Positions 27,202-38,069 of a stretch of 64,000 bases of DNA are shown one piece after another (the stretch's first letter is position 1; each line of letters starts with the position of its first letter). This DNA is from Ignavibacteriota bacterium (lineage in GTDB: Bacteria; Bacteroidota; Ignavibacteria; UBA10030; UBA6906), in NCBI GenBank assembly GCA_963849385.1, contig CAWKHH010000003.1, positions 419,974 through 483,973 of the forward strand, in the 5' to 3' direction. The notes below the pieces were generated by a model, which had not been told where the DNA came from, searched no databases, and saw only the letters and a program-made list of their open reading frames with translations. Made by a program: the position numbers and the translations under genes.

Positions 27202-30200
27202 TCATTCGGGTAATAGGGATGAAAAGCGATATGCGCCCGATTGGACTTCAAAGACCGCGGAAGGTCCTTCCATCCGCACGTACGTTACACCTTCAGCATT
27301 GCGGATGGGCCTGCCACTCTCCAGTATACTTTCCACGGTCTTTGCCGGAATGTAGATTGTTGCTGTAGCGTTCACCGGCACACGAACACCCCACTCGAAT
27401 CGACCCGGGCTGTTTTTCCATTCGCTCTCAATGAGACCAAACGGCGATTTGTGCGTCGCCTTCACAGACTGCAACTCTTTTACCAGCGTCGGGCGCATCA
27501 CGATATGTTTAAAACCGGGGTTCTGAGGATCCGCTTCGATCCCGGCAAGACGCTCATACAACCAGATAACCAGATCCCCGACAAGCATGACGTGGTTTCC
27601 GGAGTTCATTGCAGGATCGGCGCTGTCACCGTTCCACAACTCCCATACCGTCGTCGCCCCTTTCTCCATCATGTATCCCCAACTCGGGTATGTGGTATTG
27701 GTGGCAAATGTGTACGCCAGATCAGCGCGGCCAAAATCTGTCAACACCCGGTTCAGCCATTGTCCGCCGACCAGCCCCGTCCCGATATGCCCTTTGGACT
27801 CTTCTGTGATTTTCCTGACAAGACGATCGAACACTTTGTTGCGCAGATGCGCCGGGACCATGTCAAAGAAGAGGGGCAGAACGCATGAGGTCTGCGATCC
27901 GTTGTCATAGTACCCGAGTGCGTCGTTGTAGTACCGGCGGTTCAGGCCGTTCTTCAGACTGAGTGCCAGTGCTGCAAAACGTTCGGCGTCGGATGTGTTC
28001 CCGACAAGGACGGCGTACCGGGACATGAGTTGAAGATCATGGTAAAAGTAGGTCGTCGACAGGATGCCCGGAGCGGTCTTTCGCAGCGGATCCTTCGAGT
28101 GGATCAGTTCCGGACTTTCCGGAGGCACGCACCAGTCCCCGTATGTGTCCTTCTCAAGAACGTCGTCCTTGATGAATTCGCTCATGTGATCGATCCACCG
28201 TACCATGCTCGGATAGTGACGACGGATCAGCGCGCTGTCGGCGTACTGATCAAGCAATGCCCCGGGGATAATGACCGTGCTGCTCGGCCAGGTGACGTTG
28301 TCGTTGTACAGCGGCCAGTACGAGGGGCACACATCACTCACGCTGCCATTGGGCATCTGTGCGTCAGCCATGTCCTGCACCCATTTGGCATACAGTGCTG
28401 AAATGTCAAACAGGAAGGACTCACCCCGCGATTCCGCGGAACGATCACCAAGCCACCCCTGACGTTCGTCACGCTGCGGGCAATCCGTGGGAATGCTCCG
28501 GTAGTTGCCCTGCACGCCCCACACGATGCTGCGGTAGATTGTGTTGATGACCGGGTGTGAACAGGTGAACTCTCCTGCTGGCTCGACGTCATCATTCACG
28601 ACACGCCCTTCTATGGTCGCAAGATCGGGCCGACCGGGAAATCCCTGCATTTCCACAAACCGAAAACCGTGATACGTGAACCGGGGTTCGTACACCTCCT
28701 CTCCTCCACCCTTCAGTGTGTAGAGATCGGTCACCTTCGCTCCCCGGATATTATCCAGATACAGTCCGCCATCGGGCTTGAGTGTCTCCGCATGCCGGAG
28801 TGAAATCTGAGTCCCGCGTGGACCCTTCACACGAAGGCGGCACCAGCCGACCATGTTCTGCCCCATATCGAAAATGTATGTCCCGGGGCGCGTCTCGGTC
28901 ACCGACAACGGCTTCAAGGTCCCCACAACACGGATCGGCTGGATCATCTGGCCACTCAGCACCCCTCCCGGCGGCGACACAATCTCCACCCCCTGCCACA
29001 GGGCGTCATTGAACCCGTTCACGGACCAGTCCCTAAATTCTTCTCTCGCGTCGTACTCTTCGCCGTCGTATTCATTGTTGACCAGGATGGGACCGCCGGT
29101 GCTCAACCTCCACGCTTCATCACTGACAACATCGCGATGCGTGCCATCTTCGTTCTCGATATGCAGCTGCAGGAGCAGCTTGGGGTACCCGTACGTTTGA
29201 GTAATTGTGGGCTCACCCAGTCGTGGAGCATAGTACCTCCCGTTGCCGAGAACGACGCCGATCGTATTCTGCCCCGCGGTGAGAGAAGATGACACATCGT
29301 GCGTCACATAGAACACCCGCTTCGGGTATTCGCTCAAAGCGGGCGAAAGCACATGATCGCTGATCTTCTTACCGTTAATGTACAGCTCCGACAATCCCAG
29401 CCCGCTCATGAAGACCGTTGCTCTGCGGACAGACTTGTCGAGTGTAAACTCCTTGCGCAGCCAGCGGGCGGCGAGCCGCCTGTTCTCCGGACCGCTCTTC
29501 TTCCCCCAGGGAGGCATCCCAACAGGGCCCAGCGTTTGGGCCGGGACCCAGCCGGCATCATCGAAATCTAAGGATTGCCACCCCGCAACCTCACTGTCGG
29601 TCGTCTTCCACATTTTATCGGTGGGGACGAGGAGTGAAGTTCCATCGGTGAACCGGACTTCCAGCATCCCGACCAAGCCTGCAGGATTTGGCTCGTTGCC
29701 GGCATTGTGCACGGCCGCTGCAAGAAGGTTTCTCCCGCTGTGGAGGTTCTTTTCGACATTCACCTCTGTGAGAACGCGGTGACTCATCGTCGAGCATACT
29801 GGCGTGCCGTTCAGAAAGAACGCTCCCTCATCATCCGCCGTGACATGCAGGATGGCACGCTTCACGATGCGACTTTCCGGCAGTTCAACCACACGCCGGA
29901 AATAGCGCGTTCCTACAGGAGCTGATTTGTCAGGTTGGCCCCCAGGGAACCAGATCCATTGGGTGCCCGTAAGATGATACGTGGTATCCACTCCATCCAG
30001 ACCGATCCATTTTCCCTTCCAATCGTCCTGATTCAGTAAGCCCATCGTCCATGTCCCGACGGGACTCCAGTCGGATGGTTTTCCCTCGCGATCCCAAACC
30101 CTCACCTTCCAATAATAGCGTTTTCCCGATTCCATCGGCGTCCCACCATAGGCGACCTGGATGGACTGCCCTGACGGCACCTTCCCGGAATTCCATCGGT

Positions 30201-30468
30201 CACCCGCATCCTTCTGCAGGAGTTCCCGTGAAGAAGAAACAAGTATCTGGTATGCCGATTGAGACTGACCTCGCACGCTTGATTCCAAAATCCAGTTGAG
30301 GCGTGGCGCTGTCACGTCGATTCCCATGGGATCGGAAAACCCTTCGCACCGAACCCGGGTGATGCGAAGTGACGGAGATGTGTCCATTTTTTGATGTTCC
30401 TTCGCAATCACGGAGTGAGAGACAGAAAATATCAAGAGGAAAAACAGCGGGAATGCTTTCGTGGACAT
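27202..30468 (-). CDS. Secreted alpha-L-rhamnosidase, glycoside hydrolase family 78
   Basis: Signal peptide MSTKAFPLFFLLIFSVSHSVIA (start at 30468). GH78 N-domain, (alpha/alpha)6 catalytic core and C-terminal domain all present (WYWKVRVWD, ...PTDCPQRDERQGWLGD...). Confidence 0.9.
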   Translation of the reverse strand: MSTKAFPLFFLLIFSVSHSVIAKEHQKMDTSPSLRITRVRCEGFSDPMGIDVTAPRLNWILESSVRGQSQSAYQILVSSSRELLQKDAGDRWNSGKVPSGQSIQVAYGGTPMESGKRYYWKVRVWDREGKPSDWSPVGTWTMGLLNQDDWKGKWIGLDGVDTTYHLTGTQWIWFPGGQPDKSAPVGTRYFRRVVELPESRIVKRAILHVTADDEGAFFLNGTPVCSTMSHRVLTEVNVEKNLHSGRNLLAAAVHNAGNEPNPAGLVGMLEVRFTDGTSLLVPTDKMWKTTDSEVAGWQSLDFDDAGWVPAQTLGPVGMPPWGKKSGPENRRLAARWLRKEFTLDKSVRRATVFMSGLGLSELYINGKKISDHVLSPALSEYPKRVFYVTHDVSSSLTAGQNTIGVVLGNGRYYAPRLGEPTITQTYGYPKLLLQLHIENEDGTHRDVVSDEAWRLSTGGPILVNNEYDGEEYDAREEFRDWSVNGFNDALWQGVEIVSPPGGVLSGQMIQPIRVVGTLKPLSVTETRPGTYIFDMGQNMVGWCRLRVKGPRGTQISLRHAETLKPDGGLYLDNIRGAKVTDLYTLKGGGEEVYEPRFTYHGFRFVEMQGFPGRPDLATIEGRVVNDDVEPAGEFTCSHPVINTIYRSIVWGVQGNYRSIPTDCPQRDERQGWLGDRSAESRGESFLFDISALYAKWVQDMADAQMPNGSVSDVCPSYWPLYNDNVTWPSSTVIIPGALLDQYADSALIRRHYPSMVRWIDHMSEFIKDDVLEKDTYGDWCVPPESPELIHSKDPLRKTAPGILSTTYFYHDLQLMSRYAVLVGNTSDAERFAALALSLKNGLNRRYYNDALGYYDNGSQTSCVLPLFFDMVPAHLRNKVFDRLVRKITEESKGHIGTGLVGGQWLNRVLTDFGRADLAYTFATNTTYPSWGYMMEKGATTVWELWNGDSADPAMNSGNHVMLVGDLVIWLYERLAGIEADPQNPGFKHIVMRPTLVKELQSVKATHKSPFGLIESEWKNSPGRFEWGVRVPVNATATIYIPAKTVESILESGRPIRNAEGVTYVRMEGPSAVFEVQSGAYRFSSLLPE

Positions 30469-30541
30469 GGTCGGTCCTTTCAACGCAGCACAATCTGACG
30501 CATCATGGGAATGCGGGCACAGAATTCCCGTTATTGCGAAT

Positions 30542-31532
30542 TCAACCCCAGGGATCAAACAGGATCTTGATAGCTTCCTTGTTCCGGAGGCGTTCCACGC
30601 CTTCGGCATACCGCGAAAATGGGAGTTTTGCACTGATGAGGGGAGCCAGATGCAGTTTGCCCGCCAGGATCAGTCCATATGCTTCCTCCGCAGCAGCGCG
30701 CGTATGCGTGCCGTACCCAAGCAGGGCAAAGCCCCCCCACCACTGTTCGGGCCCGAAACGGACATGCTCGCGGAGAACACCGAAGATCGCGACACTTTCT
30801 CGGGTCGACCTCATCAACGATTCGATCGAAACCGGCAATCCGGTTGTATCGAGCGCGCAATCAAATGCATCCGGCTGGGTGCGACCGGCGGGCCAGCCGA
30901 TATTCTCCAGGGTCCCATGCCTCATCCGCACCAAGTTCCACGGCAAGTCGTCGCCGCTGCGCCAGAGGATCCAGTCCGACCACCTTCTTTGCGCCAAGCG
31001 CACGCGCGAGTTGCACGGCAACCAGACCTGATGGGCCGAGTCCGCCGATCGCAACTCTCTTCCCCTCAATGCCCCCGCACTGACGCAGCCGGTTGAACGA
31101 TCCTTGCACACACATAGCCAGTTCGAGGGAAGATATCTCCTCGGCTGTTAACGATCCATCAATTTCGATGAGGTCATCGGCAGGGAGAGGCACATACTGT
31201 GCGTAGCAACCCATACGCCTGTTACCGGGGTCCCGCCACGCGGCCACGTGCATGCCTGGTGAGAATGCGTGAACGTTGGCGCCAACCGAAACAACCTCTC
31301 CCATCGCTTCGTGTCCGGGCTGACCCGGCACGAGAGGATAATTGAGCGATGCCCCGGGAAACATCGGGCTCCCCTCGAACATGTGCAGATCCCACTGAGG
31401 ACACGTGGCAACACCCACAATCTTCACGAGCACTTCGTTCGGCCGCGGGGCCGGCAGGACGACTTCTTTCCATGTCGCGCGATTGGGCGCTTCGAGCTCG
31501 AGAATGTGCATCCGTGTGGAAAGAGGTGACAT
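30542..31532 (-). CDS. Zinc-dependent alcohol dehydrogenase (MDR) family protein, with a frameshift about 30860-31110
   Basis: N-terminal GroES-like and Rossmann parts are in ORF 30861..31532 (GQPGHEAMGEV, AIGGLGPSGLVAVQLA). The authentic C-terminus is in ORF 30542..31111. Confidence 0.65.
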
Positions 31533-31536
31533 GGCA

Positions 31537-32568
31537 TCACCAATCCAGAATGACCCCGAGGACGGGTTCGGTTTTCGATTCGATCAATTTCCAGGCGTCT
31601 GCTGCGAGCGCAACCGGGAAATGGTGTGTAATCAGAGGAATGGTGTCGAGATATCCCCCTGCAATCATTCGCAGTGTCTCGTCCATCCGGTCGCGCCTCC
31701 AGCCTGATACCAGGTCGATGGTAAGCTCGCCATAGCGAGGTGGCTGCAGCGACAGACGATCGGCCGCACCATAGAAGCCGGCCGAGACAAGATGGCCAAA
31801 TCGGCGCATGAACGGTTGAACGGATTCCAGTAGATCTATTCTACCGACGGTATCAACCGCAACCTGCAATTTGTCGGCGAAGTGCGTCTTCACAAAATCT
31901 TTCCAATCCGTCTTCCCGATATTGACGGCATGTCTGAACGGTCGGGTCGCAAAGAGCCGCAGGCGATAGTCATGTCTGCCAACCAGAATCACCTCGGCCC
32001 CACGCCAGGCAAGCGTCTGGGCTGTCCAGAGCCCGACCATACCGTCGCCGAACACAAGCGCGGGATCACCCACCTTCACACGGGGTCGCGTGCCGCCATT
32101 GTAGCCCACCTGTGCTAGAACCATGCCGGCATATGCGAGCGGGTCGGCACCGGGCGGGAGCTTCCAGACCTGTTCGCGCGGACAGACCGAGGGAGAGACG
32201 TGTCCGCCGTAGGGGTGATGCATTCCCTCGACGCGTCCGATCGTCGCAAAGACCGTCTCGCCCACCCTCATGTCGTCAACCTCCTCCCCCACTCGCTCAA
32301 CCACTCCAATCTTCTGGTAGCCCGCAACAACGGGAAATGGGGTCGGATCTCCAGGACGGTATGGTGTGTCACCGTCGGACCGCTCTCCCCGCAAGTACGA
32401 CCCTTCGGTGCCATTGCTGATCCAGGAATGGGTGATCCGCACGAGGACATCGGACGGCCCCGGGTCGGGACAGGTAATCGGCTGATAGGACACGCTGTTC
32501 GGTCCCGTGAAAACCACCGCTTTTGCCTGCATCGTTGACGCCGCCTCTTGTGAGTGGTGAGTATGCAA
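31537..32568 (-). CDS. Zinc-binding dehydrogenase (MDR superfamily)
   Basis: GroES-like N-domain plus Rossmann motif VFGDGMVGLWTAQ; 343 aa. Confidence 0.8.
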   Translation of the reverse strand: MHTHHSQEAASTMQAKAVVFTGPNSVSYQPITCPDPGPSDVLVRITHSWISNGTEGSYLRGERSDGDTPYRPGDPTPFPVVAGYQKIGVVERVGEEVDDMRVGETVFATIGRVEGMHHPYGGHVSPSVCPREQVWKLPPGADPLAYAGMVLAQVGYNGGTRPRVKVGDPALVFGDGMVGLWTAQTLAWRGAEVILVGRHDYRLRLFATRPFRHAVNIGKTDWKDFVKTHFADKLQVAVDTVGRIDLLESVQPFMRRFGHLVSAGFYGAADRLSLQPPRYGELTIDLVSGWRRDRMDETLRMIAGGYLDTIPLITHHFPVALAADAWKLIESKTEPVLGVILDW

Positions 32569-32921
32569 TCTCTTCGGCCACAGACAGCAACGGGGAAACC
32601 AGCAAATGGCCTCACCCAGGACACATCTACATAGGGAAAAACGAACAGAAGTGCAAAGACTCCCTGCGATGGGCTACACTCCCTTCTATCGGGATTAGCT
32701 ACTCTTTCATCCTTTTAGGCGATTCATTCCAAAGGTCCGAACGGTATACTTAATTTCATCGACGGAGGGATCGAGTATTCAGTTGGAAGGGGATCCCTGC
32801 GTGGCTGGAGATCCGTATCTTGTCCTTTGGACTGATTCGCACTACCGGTGACACTGTTGAGATTGGACGGGCCGTCCCCCCCAAGCGTGGACAAAGATTC
32901 AGCCGTATGAAGGAGGCCAAC

Positions 32922-34089
32922 GTGTCCAGGCATAGAACATCGTCAGGCGTACAGTGAGCATCGCACGCACCGTCTGCGCCCCCGGCCGATATCCGGGCTC
33001 ATGCCATTCAAGGTCAGGAAGCCATATTCCTCGGGTGGCAGAAAACAGAATCGGGAGATATTTTTCCCCTCTACAATATTAACAAAATAGGCCATCCATC
33101 GTATCGATCTACTGTCACGGAAAACACGCTCCAGGCACTGCACATACGAATTCCACGGACCCCCTCTCCTTATGCTGGTGTGGGACCGTCTCCGTGGCAC
33201 AAACTGGGCACTGAATTGGCCAATCCGGTGACAGCAAAAGAGGCAATCGAAGCTGCAGGATTGGACTATACCGTTGTCAAGAAGCCGCTGATCGAGGTTG
33301 TAGAGTTGAACAAATTCGCCGACGTATCTGATCGTTGGGCGACTGTACGAACGGATACCGGAGATGTTCTGGGCATCGTGGGAGACATCTTATGAACCTG
33401 TTCAGAATCGAGATGCATTCACTTTCTTCAACTATCTGGTGGGGAGCGACGAGGCGATTTACGAAACAGCCGGGATACTCGGCCGTGGTGAACGTATCTG
33501 GATCCTGGCGAAACTTCCCGGGTTCATCAAAGTTCACGGGAAAGACATTGTCAACAAATACCTTTTGCTCTCAAACAGTCACGATGGCAGTTCACTTGTT
33601 CAGGTGAAGCTCACGCCTATCCGCGTAGTATGCAACAACACCCTGACTGCTGCATTGCAGGGTGCAGGGGAAGTCAGTATCCGCCATACCTCGAGTGCAA
33701 CGGCAAATATGGAGCAAGCTCTCTCTTTGCTCGGATTGTCAAATTCCCTGTACGAGCAACTCGACGCAACGCTCAACCGTATGGCGCTTACGAAGATCAC
33801 CGACAGGCAGTTGCTGGACTATGTGCAGGCGCTTGTCCCGGACAATGAGGATGAGGAGGAGGACAACGCGCAGGCTCATCAAATCCGAAAAGGATTTCTT
33901 GATCTCTATGAGTCTGGACTGGGTGCCGATCTCTCACGCGGGACTCTATGGGGGGCATTCAATTGTGTTACCGAATACACAGACCATAAGATGGAGGGTG
34001 ATCCTAACACCAGGTTGGCATCAATCTGGTTTGGCCGGGGAGAGCACTTGAAGGAGAAAGCGTTTCAATTGGCCGAACGTATGATGTAA
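32922..34089 (+). pseudogene. DUF932 (phage/plasmid-like protein) family gene, copy 1. GTG start with AGGAGG RBS. In-frame TGA at 32955-32957. One-base insertion frameshift about 33385.
   Basis: Hand translation shows the frame open from GTG 32922 through the listed ORFs 33180..33395 and 33364..34089. The N-terminal ~85 aa are conserved at protein level with copy 2 (...IQGQEAIFLGWQKTESGDIFPLYNINK...). PWHKLG motif typical of DUF932. Confidence 0.55.
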
Positions 34090-34114
34090 TCCAAAGCCCT
34101 CGAAGTACCGTTTG

Positions 34115-34942
34115 TCACTCCTTCAATCCGGTCGTGGCAATCCCTTTGACGAACCACCGCTGCCCCATGATGAGAAGCACGAGAATCGGGAGGACACTCA
34201 GGACCGATCCTGCCATGAGCAGATCATACCTCGTCACCATGACGCCCGACTGAAGGTTGGCCAGCCCCATGGTCAACGTGGCGTTCTCCACGCTGGACAG
34301 ATAGATCACCGGACCCAGAAGATCGTTCCAGTAGGTCATGAATGTAAAGAGGGCAAGCGTCGCCAGCGCGGGCTTGGAAAGCGGAAGAACGATCGACCAG
34401 AGAATCCTGAACCTCCCGCATCCGTCCATCCGGGCGGCATCCTCCAGATCGGTGGGGATCGTGGCAAAGAACTGCCGCAGAAGAAACGTCCCGAAGGCAC
34501 CCCCGAAAAACGCAGGAACGATCAGCGCGTACAGCGTGTCGATCAACCCGAGGGACTTCATGATCAGGAATGCCGGGATCATGGTCACCTGCGCCGGGAT
34601 CATCATCGTCGCCAGAAGCACGAAGTACAGAACCGTGTTCCCCCGGAATTTCATCCGGGCGAACGCATACGCGGCCAGCGCACAACTGCAGAGCTGACCG
34701 ATGGTCGCACTGATGGCAATCGTGAAGCTGTTCAAGAGCAACGTCCCCAGCGGGAGGACCTCCATGATGGCGCGGTAGTTCCTCAGATGAATCTGATCCG
34801 GGATCCACTGCGGCGGAACACGGAAGATATCCTGCTGGTCCATCATCGACGTCGACACCATCCAGAGGAACGGACCCACCATGACCGCGCCTATGGCCGT
34901 CAGGAGGATGTATCGCCCTATCGTCCGGATCGTCCTAGCCAT
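34115..34942 (-). CDS. Carbohydrate ABC transporter permease (MalG-like)
   Basis: EAA loop region (MDGCGRFRILWSIVLPLSKPAL) and 6 TM helices. Confidence 0.85.
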   Translation of the reverse strand: MARTIRTIGRYILLTAIGAVMVGPFLWMVSTSMMDQQDIFRVPPQWIPDQIHLRNYRAIMEVLPLGTLLLNSFTIAISATIGQLCSCALAAYAFARMKFRGNTVLYFVLLATMMIPAQVTMIPAFLIMKSLGLIDTLYALIVPAFFGGAFGTFLLRQFFATIPTDLEDAARMDGCGRFRILWSIVLPLSKPALATLALFTFMTYWNDLLGPVIYLSSVENATLTMGLANLQSGVMVTRYDLLMAGSVLSVLPILVLLIMGQRWFVKGIATTGLKE

Positions 34943-35818
34943 AAAACACCCATCGCTTCTGGATCCTGAACTGTATGAGCGTCACCACGAAGATGACCGC
35001 AAACAGAACGTACGAGAGGGCCGCCGCCTTCCCCATCTGGAAGAACTGGAACGCATTCTGGTAGATGTAGTAGCTCAGCGTGAGTGTTGAGTTCGCCGGC
35101 CCCCCTTTTGTGAGGACGTACGTCTGCTCGAACACCTGGAAAGAATTGATCAGTGTGATGACAAGGACGAAGAATGTCGTCGGCGAGAGCATCGGGAGCG
35201 TGATATGCCGGAATCTTTTCCACGCACCCGCGCCGTCGATGGTCGCGGCATGATAGAGATCCTGGGGAATATTCTGAAGTCCGGCAAGGAAGATCACCAT
35301 CGAGTATCCCAGCCCCTTCCAGACTGTCACGATGACCATGGCAGGAAGGGCCCAGGTTGTGCTGTCCAGCCATGCCGGTCCCTGGATCCCGAAGAGCAGA
35401 TGCAGAAGATAGTTGAGCAGGCCGTACTCGGGATTGAAGATCCAGCTCCAGACAAGCGCAACGGCGATCATGGAGGAGACGACCGGAAGGAAATACGCCG
35501 TGCGAAAGAAGGTAATCCCTTTCAGCCCGGTGTTTGCCACGAGGGCAAGGGCGAGGGAGCAGCAACCGAGAGGGGAACGGCGAGGAAAATGAAATAGACG
35601 GTGTTGCGAAAGACTTCCCAGAAGAGGTCCGAGTGCCAGAGAGCGACGTAGTTGTCGAGCCAGACCCATTCCGGAGATGAGACGACGTCCCATTGCGTGA
35701 AGCTCATGAGGAACGAAACCGCGACGGCGCCGGCGCTGAAGAGCACCAGACCGATGATCGTCGGAAGGAGGTACAGATACGGTTCAAGGACTCGGAAGGC
35801 CCTGGTCGGAGTTATCAT
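34935..35818 (-). CDS. Carbohydrate ABC transporter permease (MalF/UgpA-like), with a frameshift about 35522-35693
   Basis: ORFs 35522..35818 (N-terminal TM region) and 34935..35693 (EAA-loop permease core) overlap in different frames. Confidence 0.75.
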
Positions 35819-35841
35819 CTCTTCGTGCCCAATCCCGGGTG

Positions 35842-36760
35842 TTAGTGTTGCTGCTGCCGCCGTTTCGCCGCCGCATATTCTTCGGCAAACGCCTGCCCGT
35901 TGAATCCCGAATCGTCCGGCAGGCTGTCCAGCGTCACGACTGTTCCCTTCTCAAGAGAAATCTTCGCGGCGAGGTGCACGCGAACGGCTTCCACCGGACC
36001 CGCCAGCGTGTAGTCGACCTCCCCACCCTTTAGCAGAGTGATGAAATTCTGCAGGAAGGGCTCATACAGCCCGTCGACGCTGACCGTCGCCGTGCGCAAC
36101 CCCTGATCTGTATAGGCGCAGAGCGACCATTCGTGAAACTGCATCTGCAGATGAAGGAGCGCCACAAATCCGTCGTCATAGGTCACCGCCAGCACCGGAA
36201 CCTTGTGCGTGCGTTATCGCCTTCACCGATCGCACTCCTGTCCCTGCACACCCTTGAAGCATCTCCGTGGTATGAATCCCGTAGCTGAAAAAATCGCCCG
36301 GACCCGCCGCCACAATGGAAAGCAGGCCTTGACGCGGCCCGATGGCCTCGCGCAATGCCGTGACTTCTCTTGCATATCGCAGCGACGAGCCACCGTAGAC
36401 GAGCGAGCCGTATTTTTCCTGAAGATTCAGCAGCCGGTCGCAATCGCTCGCGGATCCGACCACGGGCTTGTCGATCAGCACCGGCTTCTTCGCCTTCATG
36501 AAGACGAGCGCTTTCTCGATATGGGTGTCCCAGTTTGTCCCATGGATCATCGCCGCATCCACATGATCAGGCATCTCCTCCAGGCGCGAACAGACAACCG
36601 GTATGTCGTTCTCCCGCGCAAATGTGCGTTCGTATCCCGCCGGCCAGACGTCGTGGCCGTCCCAGAGCGCCCTGACTTCAACGCCGGGGATGGTGCGAAG
36701 GATGCGCGTGAATGCCTGAGGGTGGGATGTGTCGAGGTCAACAAGTCCGATGCGGATCAT
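35842..36760 (-). CDS. Gfo/Idh/MocA-family NAD(P)-dependent oxidoreductase, with a frameshift about 36176-36195
   Basis: Rossmann N-terminus MIRIGLVDLDTSHP...EKALVFMKAKKPVLIDKP plus C-terminal alpha/beta domain in a second ORF. Confidence 0.75.
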
Positions 36761-36865
36761 TGGAGGTCCGATCTGTCATTTCTTGTACACACGGTCGAGC
36801 ACGGCATTGATTCTCCGTTCGGCGTCGCGAACACATTCCTCGACCGTCTTTCTTCCCCTGAATCA

Positions 36866-38069
36866 TCAGGAGCATCTCCGGCGTGAGGTTGTTGTCGCGC
36901 CACTCCTGCCACCCGGGGGTGAACAGCGGAAACGAATGCCGCTGTTCGAGTTCGACAAGGAGATGACGGTTATGGGTTGCGGCGGTGCATTGAGCCACTC
37001 GGGAGATCGGGTGAAAGGCTTGTAGGTCGGCATCATCCCGAGGTACTGGGTGTTGAGCTGTTCAACGGGACTCTTCGTCAGTATCCAGTGGAGAAGCTCC
37101 CATGCCTCGTCCGGATGGGGTGAATTCCGGGGAATCATGAACGCCATGGTGAACCGCCTCGACATTCGCCTGCCGTCCGGGTCCCTTCGGCGGAAACGTC
37201 AAATCCCACCGTATCGGAGCTTCCCTCCAGATTCATCGAACCCAGGGATCCGATCAGGATCATCGCCGCCCGCTGTCCGACAAACGAATCCCAGGGATTG
37301 ACGAAGGAGGTCGTGTTCGATGCGATCTTCTGGTCGAGGAACAGATCCTGGATGAAGTGAAGCCCCCGGAGTGTGGCCGGTTCGCTCAGGTCGGCCCTTC
37401 GCGAGTCATCGGTCAGCGTCCGCCCCCCGAAGGAGTAGAGCACGGTCTCGAGGCCGGTGTAATGCACGTCGAAGGAGAGCCCCCACTGCTCGGGGATGCC
37501 GTCACCGTTGGCATCTACCGTCAACCGCTCACCGACCCTGCGGAGATCGTCGTACGTCCATGAGGTGTCAGGATACGGGATCCCGGCCCGGTCAAAGAGG
37601 TCCTTGTTGTAGAACAGAACCGTCAGACCGAGGCATGCCGGAAAGCCGTAGAGTTCGTCGTCCCGCTGTGCGACTCCCCGCCATTCGGTAAAGGTCTCGC
37701 TGTTGAAGTCGTCGACGGCGATATCCCGGTTCACGTACGGCATCAGGTTCAACGCATAGTTCTTGTGAATCAATTCCTGTCCGAACCAGTCCTCGGCGAA
37801 CATCAGGTCTGCCAGCTGGTTCCCGGATGCGATCGATGTGAGACTCTTGGTGACGTAGAGCGGGTAGGGGGATGTCTGCAGGATGACGTGGACGCCCGGG
37901 TGGGATTTCTCAAAGGGCTTGATGATCTCCTCTTCCCAGAGCTGTCCGATCCTTTTCCATCCAGTGATACAGCGTCAGCGTGATACCCCCCTCCTGCTGC
38001 TTCTTCCCGCCGCAGGAGAGGAGGGTGAGAGCAGAGAACCGCCGCAACAGCAATGCGCAGGGGGGACAT
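36866..38069 (-). CDS. ABC transporter extracellular solute-binding protein (sugar-binding, family 1), fragmented by at least 3 frameshifts
   Basis: Signal peptide MSPLRIAVAAVL in ORF 37803..38069. SBP core in 37135..37803 (GFPACLGLTVLFYNKDLFDRAGIPYPDTSWTYDD). C-terminus in 36866..37165 (MIPRNSPHPDEAWELLHWI). Confidence 0.6.

Noticed and set aside
32569-32921. Possible structured ncRNA (tmRNA/RNase P/SRP/riboswitch) in the 350-bp leader of DUF932 copy 1, and in 52083-52494 upstream of the TonB receptor
   Set aside because: Scanned by eye for tmRNA ends, RNase P P4 motifs, the SRP domain-IV motif and a B12 box. None found. Only short inverted repeats (GGATC/GATCC, GGACGG/CCGTCC).
32955-32957. 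Selenocysteine or programmed read-through at the in-frame TGA of DUF932 copy 1
   Set aside because: No SECIS-like hairpin is recognisable downstream. Copy 2 encodes Thr at the position. The window is full of other lesions. A nonsense mutation or error is far more likely.
32943-33200. Minus-strand ORFs 32943..33200 and 47489..47755 that are conserved between the two DUF932 loci
   Set aside because: The conservation is explained by plus-strand coding of the DUF932 N-terminal extension. The plus-strand differences are conservative aa changes, whereas the minus-strand translations diverge non-conservatively.
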